In this document: piece after piece, positions 45,301-57,300 of the stretch
Layout: each line of letters starts with the position of its first letter
Position numbering within the stretch: position 1 is the first letter of the stretch
DNA from: Phoronis australis
Lineage: Eukaryota > Animalia > Phoronida
Assembly (NCBI GenBank): GCA_002633005.1
Contig: NMRA01000748.1
Coordinates: forward strand, 32,583-96,582
Length of the DNA: 64,000 bases
Direction of reading: 5' to 3'
Notes under the pieces: generated by a model
Databases searched by the model: none
Seen by the model: only the letters and a program-made list of their open reading frames with translations
What the model was told of the DNA's origin: nothing
Position numbers and translations under genes: made by a program

Positions 45301-48300
45301 ATGACACACATGCGCTTGCTCACTCGACACACACCTGCAGACTAACTTCAAAACAAATGTCACGTGACAACATATGTGCCTGTCCAGATTTTTCTAGTGT
45401 TGCGGGGTGCAATCTAGCGTATATTTGGACTTCATCAGCGTTTAATCCCAATTCCCAGGAACTTAAATATCTTAGGGATGTCATTTGGAAAACTCAAGGA
45501 GGATTTCAGGTAATTTGTTGATTCGAAACTATTTTTATTCAAGAATTCAAGTTGCCCTATTGACAATCGCGAGGCAAGGACACATGAGTCGGCGAGTTTT
45601 CGCCCTAGGATTTCAGCACAATTTACAGAAAAAGGATAGTAATGTAACAACGAAGTTTGATAGCAATGCACCACAACTTTGTGGAATGTCTGTCATTGGT
45701 TACAGATACGTCACAGCATGTAAATTTGATGAATCCTAGCTATCGATTTCACCCATTTCGGAGACCGCGTTTAAACCGCCTTAGGCTACAATAAGCGTCC
45801 CCCCGCTTCTGAAATGAATTTTTCAAACACTCCTGGGCGCTTATTAGGATAAATATGGTAACACAAATTTAGGGTCCTGATGGCAGTTTTGATAGCACAT
45901 TTAATACTACGATAGCTCTGGTGGCTTGTCCGCGTAGTTGTACTCTGCATTGCTCGAACAGCTAGAAAAAATACGGACACTCAACTGTCTGTTTTACAAT
46001 CCCTAAGGACGTTGGGATTCGGAAGCGTTGGGTCCTTGCCATACGCGGCGACGAAGGAAAATATGTCCGTGTAAAATTTATAACTGCATGTTTTCGAATC
46101 ATGATTTGTCGCATCTCGGATGCCGCCATAGCAATGAGGACCGGAGAATCTTCGGCCAGCCAGGCTGTGTTTTCATGATGGGTTGAAGCGTGATGCATTT
46201 TTCTTTACAAAAAGGACAGGGCCCTCAATCCCTCAATTTTGGGGCCAAATATCGGCCCTATTCCCCTCACAAAAATATTGAAAAATCACGCAAAATTCCC
46301 GGTCCCACTGACAAGGCCCGGCTAAAAATTCCCTTAGTGATTGAAAATTTCTCTCCAACGGTTCAAATCACCTGTGGCCATAGAGGTGACAATTTGAAAA
46401 AGTACAAAATCATAGGCGGATTTAAGGGGGGGGGCCCGAGCTCGAGCTAGGACCGGTAGCAGACGAGGGGGGAAAAGACGTTCCGTTTTTTTTTAGTCCA
46501 ACGACAGATTTCCTGAGCAGAAGGTATACATCCTCGGCGACCGCAACTTCCGGGCCGCCTGCATGCATACAATCGCGCTTTGCCCGCTTCTCCAAGGATG
46601 TCGAGCCCCCCTCATGGTATCCTAGATCAGCCACTGAAAATGCTACTCGAGACAGAGCTATGAGAGCTTGCAACAGGGCAGGGTGCTATTGATGGTGATT
46701 GGGAGGTCAGTAGATTTTTCACTGGCCCATCACTCGGCGGAACGTTCCCCTCTCAGAAGGCCACACAGGCACCTTTCCCCTCACCAGAATGTGAACGAGA
46801 CCTCAGAAGAAACATGATAACTATGCTTGTTCCAGGGGGGATCCAGGACTTTGAGTTGGGGGGGCAAGGCAGAGTATTAGCCAGGATTTTGCCCATCAGA
46901 CATTTGCGCTCCTGATTAACTGCCAAATGGAATCTGGGAGAATTTTATGAGGGGGCGCATAGCCCCCTTGGCTCCCCTCTAAATCCGCCTCTGTGTTCTG
47001 TCTAGTTAACTGAAATTGAGCTCTAAAACAATGTTATTATGGTTTGGATGAAAGAATAAGGTGTTTTAATTTTAAAATTCAACTTGGTCAAGATTGATNN
47101 NNNNNNNNNNNNNNNNNNNNNNNNNNNNNNNNNNNNNNNNNNNNNNNNNNNNNNNNNNNNNNNNNNNNNNNNNNNNNNNNNNNNNNNNNNNNNNNNNNNN
47201 NNNNNNNNNNNNNNNNNNNNNNNNNNNNNNNNNNNNNNNNNNNNNNNNNNNNNNNNNNNNNNNNNNNNNNNNNNNNNNNNNNNNNNNNNNNNNNNNNNNN
47301 NNNNNNNNNNNNNNNNNNNNNNNNNNNNNNNNNNNNNNNNNNNNNNNNNNNNNNNNNNNNNNNNNNNNNNNNNNNNNNNNNNNNNNNNNNNNNNNNNNNN
47401 NNNNNNNNNNNNNNNNNNNNNNNNNNNNNNATATAGCTCAAGCTTTCAATGGCATACCATGGTTGAGATTTTTGGGGGTTTCTGGCGGGCACATCCCAGA
47501 GTGTATTTTGTCTGTCATAGGGGTATTTAGCGATCAGAGACATGTATGGTACCTCGAATAGATGAGCTAGCTCATTTTTGGGTGGTGACCTTTTTGGGTT
47601 TCTGGCGTATCATTTCCAGAGTGCAACTTGTCTATCATGGGTCATTTGGTGTTAATTGTAGTGCTATTGTTCATTTAAATCAGTTTTAGCTGGTAGCTCG
47701 AATATCTAATCTGGCTCAAATTTTCAATGCCACATCATGATTGATATTTTGGGGGGTTTCTGGTGGGCACGTTCCGGAGTGCATTTTGTCTGTCATGTGG
47801 TATAGTGATCAGTGACATGCAATGAATGACGTGGAATTGGTTTTGTGTGATACGTCGAATGTATGAGCTAGCTTATTTTTGGAGGGTCCTTTGTTGGTTT
47901 CTGCCAGATGCATTCGAAAGTGTAATTTGTTTGTCAAGGGTCATTTGGTGTTCACTTTAAATCTCATTTGGCAGGTACCTAGAGTATCTAATCTAGCTAA
48001 TTTTTTGGCCCCCTTGTCATTACCAGCAATTCGTAAACTAGGTCATCCGCCAGGTTCTCTGCGTAAACTAGGTCATCGCTTATGGACCAGTTAGCGCTTC
48101 ACTCTCCGCGTGTCTACTGGAGAGAAGCACCCAGGAAGGTTGTTTTACATTTTGTAGCCCAAAATTACCAAAGTTCAACTATATTCCGTTAAAAAGGAAA
48201 GACAAAACATATTATTACAGATGTCTGGCCAATATCATGAGTCACCACTCGTAAGCAAATCAAAGCTGTCCTTACTCGTTGCCTTATCTCGCACTACTGA

Positions 48301-51300
48301 GTCAATCGACTAGTTTTCAGTTCGGCAATGCAACAATACAATTCTCATAAATTCAACTTGTAATGAACCCTCTCAATTTTAAACCATGCCCGAAGTACTT
48401 GGAAACAAATTATTGTTAGGGACAACGATTTTTTTCCCTGAAGTGGATCGTAAACACCACAAGTGAGTTTTCCGCACACAGCTACTTTGGTTATAAATTT
48501 TTTTCCAATTTTGCTGAAACTTGGCTACGTTTTTAACAAAATACTTATCTATGTTATGTGCTATCGGCAAATGTGATTGATTCATAAATAAGACCCTCAC
48601 GCTGTGTTTTTTGCGAATCCCATGTATCCCGAAGAGGGCTAACTGAGTGATTTTCGCGCATGCGCAGTTCACGGTTTCAATATTGCTGGTAATGTAAGGC
48701 CCCCCAGGGGTCACACCCCCAGTGCAGACAGCGGCTGCAGACCTCCATTTCTGCATATACTGAGGTGAACTTTAAGTGCTCCTATGGTCAAATGTCGGTA
48801 CTTCGTTCATCTATGTTAAGGATCATTAAGAATATAGCCAGATGTTTTCCTATTGACTTTAGCTCAGCTGATGTTGATTTTCAGACTGGTTTGACTACTA
48901 GCTGGAGTGGCACTCTCTAGTGACATTTTTTTGCATCCACAACTTTATCTCCTAAATTCCTTTAGATCAGCAGCCCAGAGCTCTTAGTAATAAAACAGAA
49001 TTAATTAAATCAGTTTTTGGCCACAATAAGATTAAAAACCGGACGATCGCCGCACACATAAAAAAGTTCACGTTCAATTCAACATTTCATCTTTTCATTA
49101 GACTGAATTACAATCGACATAATATACATACTCAGATCTCTGAGGTTCAAATGAAGGAGCGATCTGTAGTAGTGCTTCAGCAAATCCTTTGGGGAAACTG
49201 TAAATAAATTGTGAAAAGTGCACTATTTGAGGACCGTTTCTTTATTGACTTTAAAGTGCTTTCCCATCAGTTGTTCACCAGTGAGAAGGCATGCATGAGA
49301 TATTCACAAACCATTCTTTAATTACCTCAGAAAGTAACATAACATTATTTTCTTTGCAAAACACATACTAACAGATACTGTTCATAAATAATACGTCTGG
49401 AATAGGTGGATGCCCAACAGGTTAAGTGCATACAATGTTGGCATGCCTCAAAGATTGTGGATACAGTAATGTAAAAAATGACTTACTTTGATCTGAATCA
49501 GGTTTCGACTGGCCACCTTCAATGTCATCTGCACATCCTGAAACTAAACATTTTGTTAATAGCTTAATTATACTACATGTTATACGTAATCAGACATAAT
49601 ACCACTTTGGGGTAATGAATCGATGTGACATTAGTCATGCTGGCTACTCTGACTGTGAAGTTCACTTGCAATATATAGCCTTTATGATGCGAGGAATGGT
49701 GGGTCAATAGGTCTGATTTTTTTTGGCAAGTACTCTGCATAACAGCTTATTTTAAATGACTTATACATGTTAAAATTACAAACTATGCAAAAAAATTAAG
49801 TTCCAGCTTCAAAGGTAGGGCTCCCTCTGCCTATACAGAGGGCCATTAGAGCGAGTCAACCTCAGTCTGTGAATTTGGGTGCCTCACACTTTTGAGGTCT
49901 AAAAATGAATCTTTGCTAAATTTATTTAATAAGTCATTTAAAATAATAAGCTTTTATGTACGTTTATAACGTTCAAACGAGCAAATCAGACACCAATTGA
50001 AAATACATGTTTTTAGACTCTAAGACCTATCAGCACCACTTTTTAGAGAAAGAAGCGCATGGGACATCTGTTCAAACATTTCACAAGCGACTGTCTAATT
50101 CAATGTTTAATCAAATGATCTGGGGCTGGGGTCTGATCTTTGTAGTCAAAATTAAATTCAAAATTATTTTTGGCATTTTTCATTCTGACCACTTTCTGCA
50201 AACTTACGTTACATGCCAACTATTCTTAGCACTGGTACACTAAATCCTACAAATTTGCAATTGATAACCCATAGATTTACGTTAAAGGCTCGAGTAGAAA
50301 CTCGAGATTACGAGTCCCGACTTGAACGGTGAGTTACAAATCTGGGGTCATTGAGTGCAAACTAGGATTAGACAGTTATCCCAGTAAACTGTTGTGTACT
50401 TGAGCATAGAAAGTCGCCGCTTTCTTGCGTTTGCACAAAAGTGGATTAGAAAATGACAATTCAATACTTTCCAGTTTGATATCAAGAAAACACCCCACCC
50501 ATTTTTATCTTGTTCCCCTTATCTTGACTCCATCGTCTCCATACTTCTCCTATAATCGTTTATGTCCCCATGTACATATATTCTCATGTTTCATTTTATT
50601 TTCCCTCCTGTGTTTTTAAGTAGTAACCTTCGTGGGCGGTACTACCCACCCATCTCTCCTGTCCACTTCCATCCCCGTGGGTTCCTCCATCAACCTCTCA
50701 GCGTTCGTTTCCCCTTCGGTTTCCAACTCCGTCGTCCTAACCCCCTCCCTCAACCTCCCCGCTTTTGTCCCNTTCTCCCGTCCGTCATATTTTTTCGTCT
50801 TTGATGCCCTTCTCTGTATTCCTCACCCTTGGTGACCGTGTCGCCTCTTTGGCACTGTGTGCCCCTATTGTCGCGTCTGTGACGCCTGGCACCGTGTGCC
50901 TCATTTATGCGTGACTGTGTCACCTCTTTGGCACTGTGTGCCACTAGTGTTGCGTCTGTGATGCCTGGCACTGTGTGCCTCTTTTATGTGTGACTGTGTC
51001 ACCTCATCGGCACTGTGTGCCCCTAGTGTTGCGTCTGTGACGCCTGGCGCTGTGCGCCTCTCCTCTGGGTGACCGTGTCACCTCTTTGGCACTGTGTGCC
51101 ACTAGTGTTGCGTCTGTGACGCCTGGCACTGTGTGCCTCATTTATGTGTGACTGTGTCACCCCTTTGGCACTGTGTGCCCCCTATGTTGCATCTGTAACC
51201 CCAGGCACTGTGTGCCTTCTGTTGGGTGCCTATTTCTCCTGTGGGGCCCTGTGTCCTTTCCCCTCCACCCCTTCATTAGTACTTCGTTGCACTGTGTGCC

Positions 51301-54300
51301 TTATTTTCCCCTCCCCATGACTACTTTTCAGTTTTTCTCCTCCCTCCCCTTGGGGATCCCCGTTTTATCTGTCCATGGACCTTAGGCCCTGGGTCCCCCT
51401 TTTCGGGCTTCCTCTAAGTCTCTCCCCATGTACCCCCGTTTCCCACCCCTTCCTTGGGGTTCTGTTCTTACCTGTCCTTCCTTCCCCGCCCCCTTTCTCC
51501 CTTATACATCCCACGTTTCCCTCTATTCGTTCCACCTCTAGGGTTCGGCCACCCCTTCCCGGGGCGGTCGTTCCCCTTTTTTGCATCAGTCTCTCTGCCG
51601 CTCCGTTTTTCTTTTTCAGATGCCTCGTCAGTCAGCTCGTCCATCCAACTCACTGTATTCTCGCCCTTCACCGGCACACCCTCGCTCCTCTCCATCGTCT
51701 GCGACGTCCTCGACTCCGCCCTCTGCACCAGCGCCGGACGTTTCCACCATAGTCTCGTCGGTCATCCAGCAACTTCGCCAGGATCCATCTCTCCTCTCCG
51801 TGCCGCCCTCGGTCTCAGCGCCCCTACCAGCTGCTCCGTCGGTCCTCCCTGTGCAGCCTCCACCGCCGCCTCCGCCTTCAACCGTCCATCCGCCGACCAA
51901 CGACCAGCCGTTCCCCATCACTCGTCCCGCGGTCTCGGCTACCGACATTTTACCGTTAGGGTTTAATGTTGATGATAAGGTCCGCGCCATGATTGTTTCG
52001 AATCAATTTGTTGATTTTTATTCCCTACTTCGCCCTCAACATCCATCTTCCTCGACGTTATCTCTCTCCGTACAAGAAGGCCAACATATCCTTACTTCAA
52101 CTCCGAAGTCAAAATCCCTCCAGTCCTGTCACGAGTGGTGCATGGCATTTCTCGTTTACATGAGTATTTATACTACCGCCCACCCCCACCAGTCCCCCCA
52201 CCTTTGCAAATACGCCCACACCATCCTTACCTTCATCTCCACCTTTGGTTTTCACCATGCCATGTACTATGACCAGCAGTTCCGCAATCTCCGCGCCCGG
52301 TTCCCTTCCCACGCCCCTTGGCACTCCATCAATCAGGAGCTGTGGGTTCAGACCTCCCTCAGGTCCCACCAATCCCCCTCCCCCCAAACCACCTCTCCTC
52401 ATCGCACCCCTGGCTACTGCTGGTCCTACAACTCCCACACCTGCCCTAAGCCCCCCACTCAGTGTCCCTACCTCCATGTCTGCTCCTCCTGCAATGGAAA
52501 GCACCCGGCTAAGTCTTGTCGCAGGCAGCCCTCCACGCCTGCTTCTACCCCTCCTCCTCCCGTTAAGGGCAGACGAATTTAATCTTCCGTCCCCCAACCC
52601 CTCCTCTCCTCCGTTTTGCCCATTCTTGCCTGCAACCTCCCTTCCCTCCCCGTTTTCAGTATTGCCTGCCCCTTGTCCTACCATTGCCATTCGGTGTCAG
52701 TATTGCCTGCACCTTTTTTCTCCTCTATCCCCTGCCTTCTCTCATCCCTCCCCCATCCCCTCCCTCTGGCATTAGTATTGCCGGTTATATTCTAGGGTAT
52801 TTCTTCTTAGCTTTTCTGTTGTTGTAATACCTTCCGTGGGTGTTTTTAGTTTCCCCACGTTGTTCCTAGTTTGTACTCATTCGGCTTTCAGCCTATGTTA
52901 TTGTTCAGTTTACCCACTTCTCCCAGTCATCTGTTAGCCATATTTTATTGCTTCTCTCCGTCCTTGTTAGTCACTTTGTATTATTTCTCCAGTTTACTTA
53001 GGGTTAGTTTCTTTCTCAGTTAATTAATACTGTTATTTTGTTTATATCGTCACCTTGGTACTTCAGTTCCTGTTAGCCTCTCTTTTTTATTATCTTAGGT
53101 ACTTTCTCTTATGTTTCGGGCTTGCCCTGCATCGCCTCTGTAACATTTTCAGTTCGTGCTGTTGTTTGTTTACGGGGTCATTATTTACCTCTTTTCTTAT
53201 CTTACTTATGGTACTTTCGTTTCACTCCGCGTACTTGTTTTTCCTATTTACCACTTTGTCTATTGTTTTGTTCAGTCTTCCATGCATTACCTTTGTATTT
53301 TTAGCCTTACTTTAGTTCAGTTCGTTACTGCCACGACACCAGGGTGAGTTCACACCCGGCAGCTGTTGCAGCACTTGGGTAAACGTACCTCCCCCTCCAG
53401 CCTTGGCCCCTGGAGTTAGGGTTTGGTATCCGGCTGCCAGCCTCTGTAAGTATGCGAATCTACACAATACCTCCTTTTCCTCCCTTTTCTTTTGGTGCGT
53501 CCCTGCGGATGGGCATGAGATGTCTTCAACATCTCTCGTGGCGCTTTTTATTGCCCATCTTTCCAGAGATTATTATTTTATCTTTATGTTATTTGTACAC
53601 TCATATTTCTGTACCTTATCAGTCATAATAAATGACCTTATATCGCCTATACACAGTCTCCTTTGTATCTCTGGAAACGGAGCTTGCGACGCACCTATTT
53701 TTTTTCGGGACATATTCCGAGCATAAATATCAGACGCCCATGCCCACTGAGATGCACTTTTAATAGCAATGAAATTCTATCAGCTTTTTAAACTAACATT
53801 CGATATGTTTTTTTTCTCCAATGTCAAATTACCTTTGTACATATCAGCACTGTAAGTTAACACCTTAAGTGTTCCTTAACTGTAATAGTGTGATCTGTAC
53901 CTTATATTGAATAAAAAATCGATATTTTTCATGAGGCACTCCCTTCTTCAAATATCGCAGTATTCTTGAGAATTTTGATCATTAAGAAAGTTGTTTATAA
54001 TTGTGCCATCATGTGCATAAGCCAATGTGTCCTATTGCAGAAATTGTGGAAGCTGGGCATTTACTATGTACGGTAATTCTTCCTCGATTTTGCATAAAAT
54101 ATTATTTTTAACCTCCGCAAGGGGTGTGCAAAACTAACAAAAACAGGAATTGCGACTGCTGTCTGTATTACTGGTCTGTGGACTTCCAGAAAATCAGCAA
54201 CTGCACATTTCAGCCACGGACAAAACACGAGGAACTCCCAACGGCTGTTGAAGAGCCATATATGTGAAAAAAGAGAGGGACGATAAACTAGGTTTCACAA

Positions 54301-57300
54301 ATAACTTTGGCCGTGCAAAATGATCGAAGGGACAAAATAGTCACCTACAGTCACCAAATGAAAACAGATGGTCACAACTACAGTCAATATGTTTGTGGTT
54401 TGCACAAACAGGTAACGGATGGCAAAACCTCATGTGAATTAACATAAAGACAGATAGTAAATTGTTACTGACACAACAAATTTTCGATCAAGTAGAAACA
54501 TATAAACATTTTGGAACAAATAGTGTTGCTAGATAGCAATACAATGTAGTCCTGCGGAGGTTCAGAAATAGTTCTGTTTCAAAATCCTCTGTGAGCATTG
54601 TGCAGTCAAATTGGCAATGGTCTGCTGTGGGATGTTCAACCAATTGGGGCAACAAACAAACATGGCAAATGTATGTTGACAAAAGAAATAATACAGTTTG
54701 TCGTCATTTGTCATTTTGACTTGTTGCTATCCACGAGTATTCAGGTTGTTTAAACCAGCACTTGTTTCAATGCTCTCACATGCTCAAAGAGTTGTATCTT
54801 GTTGTTTGTGTTTTAACATACCTGTTTTGTGATCTATGTCTGCAGCTTTGTCGTCATCTCCTTTCCATTCCCGCCTCCCATGAGACTCTATGAGAGCTGA
54901 CTGCTTAAAAGGTGACAGCCAGACTGGAAAAAAGAAAGAAATTTTTAAACTACTCTCTGTAAAAATATACAGTAAAGCAAATTAGCTAGTATGCAGTACA
55001 TTCCAAAAAAGTGTTTCAGTGTCAAGACAGTCAATACCACCTGCAAATTCTTTTTCACTCGATTCTGCCTGAAAATGATACAGCACAACTGCTGTACTCT
55101 CTTATCACAATCTTCTGATGGCTCCATTATGTAGGGTAACTGAACACATCGACTTACTTTCCAATGTACACAATGTATAGCAGTCAGTGTAATCCTTAGG
55201 CAAATGGATATTATTTAGACAAATGCCAAGATTTCTCCAAGATGAACCACCACACATCGATGCGAGGCAAGTACGATCACCAGCCTTCTTACTTCCAGTA
55301 GCGGGAAGAGCCCTTATTGAACACCACCCCTCCCCAAACCCTTCCAATTCAATGGTTTGTATAATCAAATAAGAAGTTGGAATAATAATTGTAAACTATT
55401 AATTTAATTAGTCATACTTGTTTTACTCTCCTTGTATGCCTCGTTAGTTAATATGTCAAACTCAGAGTCCATTGGCTGCACAGGGTTTGACAGTCCAACT
55501 GGAAAAGCAATAAAAAGTTCACATATTATCAACTTGTTGCTCAGGGTCAACCTGAGAACAGATACGTGAAATTCATTCCCCTGTCAGAATTATAAACAGA
55601 GGCGGAAGCTTAAATTTGAGTTCATGCAGTGGAACTCCTATTCTTCATGAAATGTTTGTGAGTGCAAAGGGGAAAACAGTGTTTTTTAAATTGCCTTAAA
55701 TTCACATTACAATAAAAAATCCTCAGTTGTCTAGGAGAATTAGTTACTGTTTCCATGGTCCTCTGCAACTTATGCTAGGCTTGCAACAGAAAATGATGTT
55801 AGCATCTAAGCAAAAGTACCGGGCTTATGTCTGCATTCCCTTCCATTAAACAAAAATAATGAGTCGGTCATTATGATTTCCTTAAGAGAAGTGAATGCAG
55901 ACATGAGACGTAGAGCCTCAGGCGGTCTGTTTATGTCACTTAGTTGTAGAGGACAAGGGAATCAGTGACTACTGCCACAAATATCTCCCAAACATAACCA
56001 AGTATTTTCTTACGTCACGAAAATGTAATTTCTCATAGAATGGTTGCTTTACCCGTTCATCACAATATTTCCCAAGAGACAGATGATTATGCAACAACCT
56101 TTTTTGTGGCTTAATGTTATTAAACTACATTATTTACTAAATATCCATTGTGTAGCAACACAATGGTGCCTCTCATGATATTTCCTCAACATAGTGGAAA
56201 TATACTGTAAATTATCAATTTAATCTATAATACTTGTTATGCTCTTTTTGTCGACATCGCCGCTAGTGTACAATGGTTAGTACGTACATTCTAAGAAATC
56301 TCCAGCCTTTGGCCCCACAGAACCTGATAGTACATCCTTCTGCTTAGCTGTAAAAATAACGAAGTACACAATAATTCACACCAAAGGGTCAAACTCTTTA
56401 TATGAAATTACTCCACTATGTGAACAGGGTCAGAACCATAAAATTCAGTACTCAGGATGGAAATGAAGGTACATTTGCTAGACAGTAAATGGGACAGCAA
56501 CTGTTTTTGATGAAAATCCCTGATTGTGAAGCTTCATCAGTGTCATGCTTGGCAGTGAGCATAACTCCAACTCGTCAAATGTGATTAACCTCACAGAGCT
56601 GGTAAATTTCCCAGGTCTCCAAATGGGAAATGAGGTTGCCAAAATCAGAAAAACATTGAGCACTGTTTGCATGGTGTTACAAACTCACTTTGAGTTCCGC
56701 GATCGACTGAAAAAACCACATAGGTGTCTTTACATTTTACAACACATGGGATGCAAAGAAAAGCCATTAATTGTTGGACCATTTTCAGGTGCTACAAAAC
56801 ATAATCACGATGACACATAGTTATGTTTCACCCTCGTTTGGATGCTACCCAAAAGCAGACTATCATAAAATCATTATTTGCTTACGCGTAATTGCCCGCT
56901 TTTGCCAAAATTACAAATCTATCTGACTCTTGTGCCAACTTTGGATATTTACTAGTAAGTAATTAGGCCTACTAATTAATATGTACAACCAGTATATGTG
57001 CTCCTCTTCATAGTATCGTCATTTTCATCAGCATGCAGATGATTCCTGTGTTCTTCATACTCCAAATCAGCTGCCTGGATGGGATACACAATGTCATCTG
57101 AAAGTAAAGTACTACTTGCATTTAATCTATTTATTGCATCACAATAGATGTTCTGACCTCGGACGGACAGACAGGCAATCAATGTAATGAGGATAGACGC
57201 TATGTGCCGCTAAGATGAGATGCAATTTCTGGTAAAGACTGGATCGTACTTTTACCATTTTGATGTAAATTTGAGGTGCCAGTTCAAGACAAGTTGGTGA

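Larger units (their letters stand above)
50491..53724 (+). mobile_element. Non-autonomous DIRS/Ngaro-like (tyrosine-recombinase) retroelement, gag only
   Basis: Absent from copy A (empty site caagaaaaatatt at ~39628); no long TSD; a single gag-like ORF; aataaa at ~53627. Confidence 0.75.
43745..54644. repeat. Large duplicated block, copy B, with two extra insertions
   Basis: Colinear with 32666-40555. Confidence 0.92.

Noticed and set aside
42481-47561. Long X-containing ORFs
   Set aside because: Artefacts of N gaps.
51365-52775. Additional overlapping ORFs around gag
   Set aside because: Explained by the C/T skew and few stop codons; no recognisable motifs.
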